21,675 nt of DNA from the IMG/VR virus record IMGVR_UViG_2728369593_000011. One strand, given 5' to 3'. Source of the DNA: a virus. Its lineage: Duplodnaviria > Heunggongvirae > Uroviricota > Caudoviricetes. A program made the position numbers and the translations under genes. Shown here piece by piece: positions 12,144 to 20,151 of this stretch. Numbering within the stretch: position 1 is the first letter of the stretch; every line of letters starts with the position of its first letter. The notes under the pieces are model-generated. The model was not told the origin of the DNA. It did not search any database and was given only the letters and a program-made list of their open reading frames with translations.

Positions 12144-12160
12144 TTTCAAAAGTGTAAATC

Positions 12161-12197
12161 AGAACCACTCGTATAGCGGGTGGTTCTCTGTTTTATT
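12161..12197 (+). terminator. Rho-independent terminator (plus strand)
   Basis: agaaccac (12161-12168) / 11-nt loop / gtggttct (12180-12187) followed by ctgttttatt. Confidence 0.5.
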
Positions 12198-12259
12198 CGT
12201 GTTGCGACTAAAACTAACTAAAATCACGCATATGAAAGATAATGGGAAAATTATCGCTA

Positions 12260-12697
12260 TCATCGAAGGCATTGCGTCCTAATGTACTCCTGCAAGTAGT
12301 TAACCTGCGCGGTTATCCTGTCGATTCCACTTCGGAGACGGTAATAATTGAGTTCAGCATCTGCTGTAAGTCCTGGGGTTTCTCCATTGCCCATGCCGCT
12401 GGCTCCGGTCGTTGACTTTGCACAGGTGGCGGCGACTTGCAGGCGCTTACGCCCAGCAGAAACATCAGCACGGAGACTTTCGATAGTCGCATTAGCATCA
12501 GCAAGCTCCTTTGTGTATCTGGCGTCAAGTTCTGCTACATCACGTTGCCGCTTCTGCATATCAGCGATGATGGATGTGGCTTTATCGCGCTGCTCTTTGT
12601 AGGCGATGGCGTTATCACGGTAATGATTAACAGCCCATGAAAGGCAGACGATGAGGCAGATGACCAGAACGTAGATAATCGCGGTTACTCTGCTCAT
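12260..12697 (-). CDS. Rz: Spanin inner-membrane subunit Rz
   Basis: ATG at 12697: [39 protein letters not shown]...[16 protein letters not shown]... resembles lambda Rz; overlaps the endolysin stop (ATGA). Confidence 0.9.
12313..12498 (-). CDS. Rz1: Spanin outer-membrane lipoprotein subunit Rz1 (embedded in the +1 frame of Rz)
   Basis: [61 protein letters not shown]: lipobox, proline-rich segment, embedded in Rz as in lambda. Start codon uncertain. Confidence 0.7.
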   Translation of the reverse strand: MLMRLSKVSVLMFLLGVSACKSPPPVQSQRPEPAAWAMEKPQDLQQMLNSIITVSEVESTG

Positions 12698-13192
12698 TGT
12701 TGCCCCCACAAACAGACTTCACGCTCAATCTCACGGCGAGTCATCAGCCCTTTCCATTGCTTACCGCCAGCGTATGTCCAGCGCCGTAGCTGATCACATG
12801 CGCCTTTGATATCGCCCTGGTTTATTTTGCGAAGTAAGCGTCGATGTTCTGAAATTGCCAGCGCCCACGTTGTAAACGAACGAGTAAAGAGCGCCGCGCG
12901 TTGTTTCCGGTATATCGACTTTGATGTACGGGTTTATTTGTCTGGCGACCGTGGCAAGGTCTTTATTCAGGAGGGCTTTGCATTCTGCTTCGGTATACGT
13001 TTTACCGGGCATGATGTCTTTTCCGGTGTGTCCGTGACATACAGTCCATACGCCAACGATATCTTCGTATGGTATGTAGCTGACACCTTCCAGGCCATCG
13101 TCACCACTCGGACCAGTGATGAGCACAGACGCTATGGCAACAGCCCCACCACCAATAGCAGCAGCAACAGCCTTGCGTAATGACGGAGACAT
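12694..13192 (-). pseudogene. R: SAR endolysin (phage 21 R-type lysozyme) with 1-bp insertion near 12835
   Basis: N-terminus [61 protein letters not shown]... matches the P21 SAR endolysin pattern. After ...[12 protein letters not shown] the track frame ends ([13 protein letters not shown]-stop at 12794), while the adjacent frame reads [47 protein letters not shown]-stop (12694). Confidence 0.85.
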
Positions 13193-13400
13193 TATTCACC
13201 TCTCGCAGCCTTACGCTTATCTTCTTTAATCTTGAAATAAAGATTTGTCAGATACGTCAGCAGGCCAAACAGCAGACTCCCCAGCACACCTATTCGCCAC
13301 CCACTGGGACGGAGAGACTTTGTCCAGCAGCTGCAGTAACCAGTACTCCCGTCCCCACCGCTGACGTGGTGTATGACACACCTGTTGTGATTTTTTCCAT
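13192..13400 (-). pseudogene. S: Pinholin (phage 21 S-type class II holin) split over three frames (two indels)
   Basis: From ATG 13400: frame 0 [14 protein letters not shown]..., frame +1 [18 protein letters not shown], frame +2 [33 protein letters not shown]-stop. Together these follow S21 ([42 protein letters not shown]...KIREDRRKAARGE). TAATG overlap with the endolysin start; GGAGA RBS. Confidence 0.75.
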
Positions 13401-13440
13401 CTGATGTATGTCTCCGTCACCGCCGACAGAAAATGAAAGT

Positions 13441-13481
13441 AAAGAAAAACAAAAAAGCCGCCAGTGTCACCCACTGACGGC
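13441..13481 (-). terminator. Rho-independent terminator-like hairpin upstream of the holin (minus strand)
   Basis: Minus-strand GCCGUCAGU-GGGUGAC-ACUGGCGGC (one mismatch in stem) followed by UUUUUUGUUUUUCUUU. Confidence 0.45.
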
Positions 13482-13656
13482 CAACGCCGGGAGCCGTGAT
13501 TATGGCATTCAGGCTCTGCTAAAAATGCCAGATAACATTCCGGCCAACCCCTGATTCAGGTTATAAATGACACAATATCTTGACAACATCCGTCACTGTC
13601 TGTCAGAAAATGTACTGCCAAGTATAAGTATCATGTGAAGTACATCTACCCGTTTT

Positions 13657-13692
13657 AGCCAGCGTCCTTCAGAGTGGGCGCTGGCTTTTTTT
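13657..13692 (+). terminator. Rho-independent terminator oriented on the plus strand, abutting the nanS-p stop
   Basis: agccagcg (13657-13664) / 14-nt loop / cgctggct (13679-13686) followed by T-run to 13692; on the minus strand it lacks a U-tract. Confidence 0.45.
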
Positions 13693-13693
13693 A

Positions 13694-15548
13694 TTATGAT
13701 GCCGGTGCATTTATCTCCAGCACCAGACTTTCTATCTCAACGCCATACGCTGCATTTTTTGTAACATCCGTCAGCGTCAGCGCATTCAGTCCCAGTGTCA
13801 GACTGTCTTTTATAACCTGGAATGCCGGGCCAGCCACTCCATTCAGTTTCGGAGTAACCGTGGCACTGCCGGCGGTGAACACCAGCTCCGAGCGTCTGCC
13901 AGTCGTTACCGTAATCGCCGAACTCCCCCAGCTTCGTGTTTCCGGCTTTCCTGTCGATGCATCAGATTCACTCTGCCGTCAGTGGTCTGAGTGAAGTACG
14001 ACATCAGGAACGGATTACCGGTACCCGTCATCGCCACACCATCAGGAACGGGAGCATCCGTATACAGATAAATCCCCAGCCCGAACTGATTGTTGGTCAG
14101 TGCGCCTGACAGGCGGAACTTACAGGTCAGTCTGCCGCCCTGTGTCAGCAGGGTAATTGCGTCATCCACCGGATGCGTCAGGGACCAGGTTTTATTGCTC
14201 TGCTTGGTGATCTTAAATACACCATCTGACAACTGAATTCCGCCATCCTTAATGCTCCAGCCCTGCGCAGCAGCATCTCCGGCTGTCGGCAACAGGGAGA
14301 TTGTGCGTACGGATGCATCTTCAGACGGCCCCGATGGCGTGTCGCCGCCGGGCGAGGGTTTGATTTCCGGTGCCTTACCACTAATGAAGGCTAAGGTGCG
14401 ACCGGCTACGTTCAGAATAGCAGTTGCCATACGATCGGGAATAATGCCACGACGCGCCCATGAGCTGAAATGCGTCGGGCGATTTGATGATACCCAGTTT
14501 TTGTTCGTTCGGGATGCCGAACCGTAATAACCAGACCCGGCAATATCAGGATCTTCTGACGGGTTGTTTGTCGGTGTATTAACTCCGCTACCATCGGTCA
14601 TAAAGGGAACAAAATAAATCTGCTGGGATTCTTTACCTTTATATGCACCATATACCACTTCATATTGCGTACCGTGTTCTTGTTTCCACGCGTATGTCGT
14701 GTCGCCACAAAGTCCAGGGGACTGATGCCGGACTTCCACCGTCGACACTGCGCCGCCAGCCCGGCAAGGTCAGCACGGAACTGCTGTACCATTGCAAGAA
14801 ATGCTGCTGGCTGCTGGGCGTAACTGGCATTCGTCATATCGAATTCCCCCTGCATCCAGCATATCGCCAGCAAAACGTTTTTCGGGTTTTTCTGCAATGC
14901 TGCCTTCGTGCGGAAAAGCAGATCCTGATATAACGGCTTACCCACTCCCCAGCGAGCCGAATCCTGACTGGCCCCCGTGGACTCGCTGAATGTCCCCTCC
15001 GTGCCCTGGGTGAATGCCGAACCACCACGACAGCATGGTACCAGCAGGATCCCCGCGTTATTCGGGATATACGGGAGCAGTTTTTTGGCAATATGTAAAC
15101 CCTGGCCGACACAGCCGTACTGCCCTTTGCTCAGGTCAGCCCTCGGATGATTCAGCGTACTCATATCCTGCACATCATGCAGACAGTGGTCAGCCGGAAT
15201 AATATCGTTATATCTGCAGGCAGCCCCGCCCGGCGTCACTGTACTGCGGCGCGCCAGCTGTTTAATGCGCGGATCCGGAGCATCGTATGAATCCGGCAGC
15301 GGAAGCCCTTCACCGTAAGCCATGGCATTGGATTGCCCGGCCAGTACGATGACGTAGTACCAATCCGGCTCAGATGAAGGGCCGACCTGTGGCTCTCCTT
15401 CAATAGCCACCGCCTGCATCAGTGTGTACGGCGTAATGGCAACCGGTCCGCCGTATGGCTGCCAGCCCTCTTTCAGTTTGTGTGTCAGCTTTTCCGCAAG
15501 GTCTGACGGCGACGCCGCCCTGACAACATCGTAATGTTTAATCGACAT
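13694..15548 (-). pseudogene. nanS: Prophage-type sialate O-acetylesterase (NanS-p-like), fragmented by at least two frameshifts
   Basis: Track ORF 14598..15548 has a prophage NanS-p-like N-terminus (MSIKHYDVVRAASPSDLAEKLTHKLKEGWQPYGGPVAI...) and an esterase motif VIVLAGQSNAMAYGEG. The protein continues in another frame (13906..14748, ...TTYAWKQEHGTQYEVVYGAYKGKE...) with a junction near 14700, then in a third frame (13694..13882). GGGAGAAA RBS before ATG 15548. Confidence 0.7.
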
Positions 15549-15634
15549 CGAATTTCTCCCGTGTAGAGGAACAGAGTTAAAAAGCCGGAAGCGGAATCAA
15601 ATCACAGGATGACCATCTGCCAGTGGCAGGTCAT

Positions 15635-15663
15635 AAAAAAAAAGGCTAGCGCAATGCGCAGCC
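15635..15663 (-). terminator. Rho-independent terminator (minus strand) between the cargo block and nanS-p
   Basis: Minus-strand GGCUGCGC-AUU-GCGC(U)AGCC (8-bp stem with 1-nt bulge) followed by UUUUUUUUU (plus-strand A-run 15635-15643). Confidence 0.5.
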
Positions 15664-16092
15664 AGAACTCACAAGGAAAATGATAAAAGGAATAACACTA
15701 GTGATGTACGCATGGCGCCTCCCGCTAAGTTCTGCAATGATCAAACAGAACTCGCTACGTGCCCTTAAAACTCGATCATTTAGCCCCTCCAAGGAGGATT
15801 CACCATGCGGTTGATTTTTTAATAAACAGTAAACAAAAAAGTCAAGAATTATTCATTCTGTTCTTTCATCATCGGCCACAGCAATACCACAATGCCGCAG
15901 ACCAGAGCGCCATCAGTCAGTACCAACATTATCCTGCTGGTGAAATCCATCATCACCATCACTAAAAGCAGGATCACAACAGCAAGCAGACACAGTTTAT
16001 AAAACAATGTTCAGAAAACGCATTCAGCATGCCTAAGGTTCTATTCCTACGAATAGCCAACTTGCAACTTAAAATATTATTTATGCAGCCAA

Positions 16093-16335
16093 TTAAATTC
16101 TGGTCCTTACAATATCAACCTGAAGATTCTTATCTTGTGCTGATTGATAAATGACAAACCTTTTACTACCTGCATTGAAAGAAGTAGACAAAACCAGACA
16201 ATTATCATAACGAGCAAGAACATAATACCAACCATCATTATAATTAATCATTTCATATTCTTTCTTAAACTGCGGTTTGTAATATCCTGTCAGAAATGAA
16301 AAAAGCCAAAAATATGCCACAAAAGCAATCATCAC
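16093..16335 (-). CDS. Hypothetical protein (80 aa), probable C-terminal continuation of the upstream membrane protein across a homopolymer frameshift
   Basis: ORF (V)MMIAFVAYFWLFSFLTGYYKPQFKKEYEMINYNDGWYYVLARYDNCLVLSTSFNAGSKRFVIYQSAQDKNLQVDIVRTRI begins 5 nt after the previous ORF's stop, one frame offset. Confidence 0.4.
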   Translation of the reverse strand: MMIAFVAYFWLFSFLTGYYKPQFKKEYEMINYNDGWYYVLARYDNCLVLSTSFNAGSKRFVIYQSAQDKNLQVDIVRTRI

Positions 16336-16339
16336 AATC

Positions 16340-16852
16340 TCAAAAAAAATGTTTTTTTATAAATGGCTTATCATAGAAGCATGATACCGATAAAAATCGC
16401 CCATAAGATCTTATCGAAATTGTAACCGCCAGCGCAATCGCTGCTGACAGTAGCAAAAGAGGTACCTGAATCTTCTGTCTCAATATAGAAAACTCAATAA
16501 TTGCCGGCACAAACAATAATTCCACAGCAAAATAAAGGCGAAATACATTTAGCTCTTGCATAGAATGTTTTCTTTTCACTGCGAAAAAGAATACAACACC
16601 AATACCCCAACCGATAAGAAATATAGCAATGACGATAACTGCAAAAAATAAACTTCTGGCAACATCATCAACACCTGCACCTACAATCCACCATGGGAAG
16701 CCGTAGTAAAAAGAAGTACCCCATCCATAGAAATAAGCACTCCCCCATCCAAGGCATCCCATGTAGGCAATAAAAAGTGAAGAACTCCTGAGCAGCGCAC
16801 CATCCTTCATAACCACCCCAATACAAGATGATAACATTGGCTTACAACTCAT
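16340..16852 (-). CDS. Hypothetical polytopic membrane protein (AT-rich cargo gene downstream of PR'/tR')
   Basis: 170-aa ORF rich in aromatic and hydrophobic segments (...GWGSAYFYGWGTSFYYGFPWWIVGAG..., ...FFAVIVIAIFLIGWGIGVVFFFAV...). Likely start at ATG 16810 (MKDGALL) preceded by GGGGTGG. Ends at a TGA inside an A7-CA-T8 tract. Confidence 0.5.
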   Translation of the reverse strand: MSCKPMLSSCIGVVMKDGALLRSSSLFIAYMGCLGWGSAYFYGWGTSFYYGFPWWIVGAGVDDVARSLFFAVIVIAIFLIGWGIGVVFFFAVKRKHSMQELNVFRLYFAVELLFVPAIIEFSILRQKIQVPLLLLSAAIALAVTISIRSYGRFLSVSCFYDKPFIKKHFF

Positions 16853-16949
16853 AACAAAAGCAATTCAATGCCGTCAAGAGGTTACAGGCTAAAAAAACTC
16901 TATTACATAGCAGCCAGCATGTTTACCGTACAAGTACAACTCAGGGCAT

Positions 16950-16977
16950 AAAAAAAACCCACTCGGCAGCGGGTTTA
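16950..16977 (-). terminator. tR'-like rho-independent terminator downstream of Q
   Basis: Minus-strand AAACCCGCU-GCCG-AGUGGGUUU (9-bp stem with one G-U pair) running into a U8 tract; about 50 nt downstream of the predicted PR' start. Confidence 0.6.
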
Positions 16978-17009
16978 TACATTTTTTACAACATACCAAA
17001 TTTGCATGA

Positions 17010-17038
17010 AGTATATGGCTTTTAATCCAGTTTTGCAA
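17010..17038 (-). promoter_or_regulatory. PR'-like late promoter (sigma70 -35 TTGCAA / 17-bp spacer / -10 TATACT) overlapping the 3' end of Q
   Basis: On minus strand: TTGCAA (plus 17033-17038), 17-nt spacer, TATACT (plus 17010-17015). Position matches lambdoid late promoters. Confidence 0.4.
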
Positions 17039-17711
17039 TATTTTGCTGTAAAAATGCTGCCTTTTGTTTTGAACGTGTTCTCGTCACAAGCAATAAAGCA
17101 TCACTATCAAGCTGTAGAAAAATGTGCTTCATTGCAACCCAGCGTTCAGTAAATGTCTCGGACCAGTTTTTTGTTGTCACTCCCACCAATGATGCCAGTG
17201 TCTGGTATTCATAGGCCTCACGCCCTGCAAGTTCGCTCTTCACATCCTGTGCAGCCAGCCAGATTAACGTCTTCAGGCGATCCAGTGTCTTACCTGCAAT
17301 TTTTCTGTTACTTAACAAATCTTTAAACTCGCTCCATGCCCATTGCGTTATGGTGACCTGATGCCCCCATCGAACGCTTTCGCTGTAACACCAAAGCAAC
17401 CATGCTTTCTGATGTTCATCGAGAGACAAAACCGCGCGGCGCCATGAAGAGGTTGAGAATTCAACCGGGCTGACCAAAGCAATGGATGAACCTTTTGCGT
17501 ACGACTGCTTACCGGAAGTCGGCGTATTATCCAGCGTAATCATCTTGCCAGTTACCACATCCAGAATGCGCGGCTTCTTTCGTTTGTATGTACCAGTATC
17601 AAATTGTGCATGCTCCTGCCAGGCTTCGAGCTGGCCTTTCGTTGCTCCGTTCAAGTCAGCAGTAGCTGCCATAAGTTGCTCACGAACATACTGTAAATAT
17701 TGGGTATTCAT
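17022..17711 (-). CDS. Late-gene antitermination protein Q (not lambda-Q or Q21 type)
   Basis: 229 aa from ATG 17711 (MNTQYLQYVREQLMAATADLNGATKGQLEAWQ...LDEHQKAWLLWCYSESVRWGHQVTITQWAWSEF...) with AAAGGA RBS. Sits between the rusA/ylcG nin genes and the lysis cassette, with promoter and terminator immediately downstream. Family call is from context and recalled annotations. Confidence 0.7.
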   Translation of the reverse strand: MNTQYLQYVREQLMAATADLNGATKGQLEAWQEHAQFDTGTYKRKKPRILDVVTGKMITLDNTPTSGKQSYAKGSSIALVSPVEFSTSSWRRAVLSLDEHQKAWLLWCYSESVRWGHQVTITQWAWSEFKDLLSNRKIAGKTLDRLKTLIWLAAQDVKSELAGREAYEYQTLASLVGVTTKNWSETFTERWVAMKHIFLQLDSDALLLVTRTRSKQKAAFLQQNIAKLD

Positions 17712-18184
17712 GCAGTAAATCCTTTCTATATTTTGGCATAATTCTTCAACATTCGGTAATCGTTCAAAACCGAATCGGGGAAACGACATAAGCACAGGAG
17801 CCCCCAGCGACAGCGAAGGAGTTCTGATATATAAGACTCAGACATCATTCATTCCCCGGTTCTCCAATATCTGTTTCACTCATCATCCATAACTACCTGT
17901 AATTGCCCCCCTTTTTTTGTAACAGTTCTTATATTGCTATATAGAATAGCCATTACTAATGCTTTTAAATTTAATAAAATAAAAATTATAAAAAACATAA
18001 AACACCACGCAAACACACTTAATAAAAACACCGTTACATTAAAAGATAATAAAAACCGCAATAAAAAACGAATAAATCAATTGTCTCACGCAATTATAAA
18101 ACATCATATTGATTACGCACCTTGTATTACAAACTCATGTATGTAAAATACGCGCACCATTCAAAAAAAGGAAGACAATAACAT

Positions 18185-19147
18185 ATGAAAAAAAGTGTCA
18201 TCGCTGGCGTCTTTATTGCTCTGTCATTTACCACGTGTTCAGCTATCGCGAACAGCCTTGCATTATCATTAGCAAATGATGATGCAGGGAAGTTTCAACC
18301 AATACTTAATGATATTTATGGCAATAAACATGAAAACAGAGATGATTACTCACAAGGCTTATTTCTGGGATATAGCCACGATATCTCAGACTCGAGCCAA
18401 TTATCTCTCCATATTGCGCAAGATATTTACTCTCCATCAGGCAGTAATAAAAGACACAACACAGCTGTAACTGGAGACAGAGCTTTTAGTGCATACACTC
18501 ACACTGGTATTGAATGGAACTCCCTTGCGAATGACTGGATTCGCTATCGATTAGGTACTGACATAGGTGTTGTTGGCCCCGACGCAGGCGGTCAGAAAGT
18601 ACAAAATAAAGCTCATGAGATTATTGGGGCAGAAAAATATCATGCATGGGATGATCAAATAGAGAATCGCTACGGTTATACTGTAAAAGGGATGCTATCC
18701 ATGACACCAAGTATGGATATTTTAGGTGCTAATGTTGGATTATACCCTGAAGTTTCTGCTGTTACTGGAAACTTATTTCAATATGTAGCATATGGCGCAA
18801 CCATTGCCATTGGTAATGATAAAACCTTCAATTCGGATAATGGCTTTGGTCTGCTGGCTCCCCGTGGTTTAATGCATATGTCCGATACAAGCGGATTCAA
18901 ATACAAGATTTTTGCAGGTATGGAAAGACGAGATGTCAATCGCAACTATACTCTCGAAGGAAAAACAATACAGACGAAACAAACAACAGTATCGCTAAAC
19001 AAAACTGTTGATGAATATCAAGTTGGCGCAACAATTGGGTATGCACCTGTAGCCTTCACACTAGCATTTAATAAAGTAACATCAGAATTCAAGACAGGGG
19101 ATGACTATTCATTTATAAATGGAGCAATCACCTCTTTTTTTAACTGA
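18185..19147 (+). CDS. lpxR: Outer-membrane lipid A 3'-O-deacylase LpxR-like protein
   Basis: 320-aa ORF with signal peptide MKKSVIAGVFIALSFTTCSAIA. Counting from the predicted mature N-terminus (NSLALSLANDD...), N9, D10, S34 and H122 fall on the LpxR active-site positions as I recall them (Asn9, Asp10, Thr34, His122). AGGAAG RBS; AT-rich codon usage. Confidence 0.65.
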   Translation: MKKSVIAGVFIALSFTTCSAIANSLALSLANDDAGKFQPILNDIYGNKHENRDDYSQGLFLGYSHDISDSSQLSLHIAQDIYSPSGSNKRHNTAVTGDRAFSAYTHTGIEWNSLANDWIRYRLGTDIGVVGPDAGGQKVQNKAHEIIGAEKYHAWDDQIENRYGYTVKGMLSMTPSMDILGANVGLYPEVSAVTGNLFQYVAYGATIAIGNDKTFNSDNGFGLLAPRGLMHMSDTSGFKYKIFAGMERRDVNRNYTLEGKTIQTKQTTVSLNKTVDEYQVGATIGYAPVAFTLAFNKVTSEFKTGDDYSFINGAITSFFN

Positions 19148-19175
19148 ATTGAATTCAATCAAAATAACATAAGTC

Positions 19176-19226
19176 CAACAAAAACATAAAGTGCGAAATG
19201 AATGCCAGCTCCATTTATTTCGCACT
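19176..19226 (-). terminator. Stem-loop with minus-strand U-tract between ylcG and lpxR
   Basis: agtgcgaaat (19190-19199) / 17-nt loop / atttcgcact (19217-19226); on the minus strand followed by UUAUGUUUUUGUUGG. Confidence 0.4.
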
Positions 19227-19369
19227 ATAAAAGATTAAAAGTTGCAATAAAATAATAAAATGACTCAGTTACGAAAACCAATAAACTGTGGCCAGTAGTG
19301 AGTCGCTCATCATCGGGCTTTTTGGCGAATGAAATTTAGCTACGCTTTCGAGTCTCATCGTCTTCCCCT

Positions 19370-19504
19370 CTATCCTTTGCAATGACACCACACTTCAAAC
19401 ATTCGTTTCACAACCTCACGACAGTAGAAGCCGTAAGCATCGCGGGTAAGATCGTAGCGATTGCCATAACGCTGGCGCATATATCGTTCGAATGCTTTGT
19501 TCAT
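19370..19504 (-). CDS. ylcG: Small nin-region protein YlcG-like (44 aa)
   Basis: MNKAFERYMRQRYGNRYDLTRDAYGFYCREVVKRMFEVWCHCKG; ATG overlaps the rusA stop (ATGA); position after rusA as in DLP12-type prophages. Below the track cutoff. Confidence 0.6.
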   Translation of the reverse strand: MNKAFERYMRQRYGNRYDLTRDAYGFYCREVVKRMFEVWCHCKG

Positions 19505-19863
19505 GTGTTCTCCAGTTCGGTGATTTTTATTCCAAGCCTTCCGCCTGGTACTTTCACACCACGAATTACGCGAATGTCATCGAATTGCTCGTCGTCTTCC
19601 GCAAATCCGGCGTGGATAAGGGAGTCGAGTAAACCTTTCAGGATGTTGTCGAGGTCGCGGCGGCGGGAGTCTGGAACGTCTGCGATGACTTTGATACGGA
19701 GTCGTGATTTGGTGAAAATGTCTAACTTGAGTTGGCGAATGATTTGCTGAACGTCTTTTCGGTATTTCTGGCCTTTATCGCTGATGTAGTATTGGCTTCC
19801 CCGTCTTCGCCAGTAGGTGTTCACCGACGGCGGGTATGGAAGCACAAACTGATATTCGTTCAT
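19501..19863 (-). CDS. rusA: Holliday junction resolvase RusA
   Basis: 120-aa ORF MNEYQFVLPYPPSVNTYWRRRGSQYYISDKGQKYRKDVQQIIRQLKLDIF...IKVIADVPDSRRRDLDNILKGLLDSLIHAGFAEDDEQFDDIRVIRG... with RusA motifs. Confidence 0.9.
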   Translation of the reverse strand: MNEYQFVLPYPPSVNTYWRRRGSQYYISDKGQKYRKDVQQIIRQLKLDIFTKSRLRIKVIADVPDSRRRDLDNILKGLLDSLIHAGFAEDDEQFDDIRVIRGVKVPGGRLGIKITELENT

Positions 19864-20150
19864 GGCTTAATCTTCCCCTCCTTCAGCAGTATCGCCTGCG
19901 TCCTGATCACGCCTTCGAGGTGGTAAAGTCTGGCGTCTTTGTTGTCGAGGTTATGGGTGCGTCGGTCGATTTCATCGTGACACGCGCTACAAGCCCCATG
20001 CGCCGATCAGGTCGTCAGGCTTCATTCCCGTTCCGCAAATTCCAGCCATCCGGTAATGTGCCAGAACTGTAGTTTCAGGGTTGCCATTGCATACGCCGTA
20101 AATACGTACCTGGCATTCTCTGCCGCGAGCTTCTTTGCGTAGGTTAGCCA

Positions 20151-20151
<1 letters not shown>
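19860..20151 (-). pseudogene. ybcO: YbcO-like nin-region protein (DUF1364), 1-bp insertion near 19991
   Basis: From ATG 20151: MANLRKEARGRECQVRIYGVCNGNPETTVLAHYRMAGICGTGMKPDDLIGAWGL-stop; the adjacent frame continues CSACHDEIDRRTHNLDNKDARLYHLEGVIRTQAILLKEGKIKP-stop, overlapping the rusA ATG. Confidence 0.65.

Noticed and set aside
15759-15965. Plus-strand ORF ending in five consecutive His codons before the stop; possible engineered His-tag.
   Set aside because: Only five His, the ORF has no coherent protein upstream and no RBS, and the His codons are the reverse complement of a Met/Val run in a minus-strand hydrophobic mini-ORF; most likely coincidental.
17876-18061. 61-aa hydrophobic minus-strand ORF upstream of lpxR.
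   Set aside because: It lies in an extremely AT-rich intergenic region where A/T-rich codons give hydrophobic pseudo-ORFs; no RBS; more likely the lpxR promoter region.
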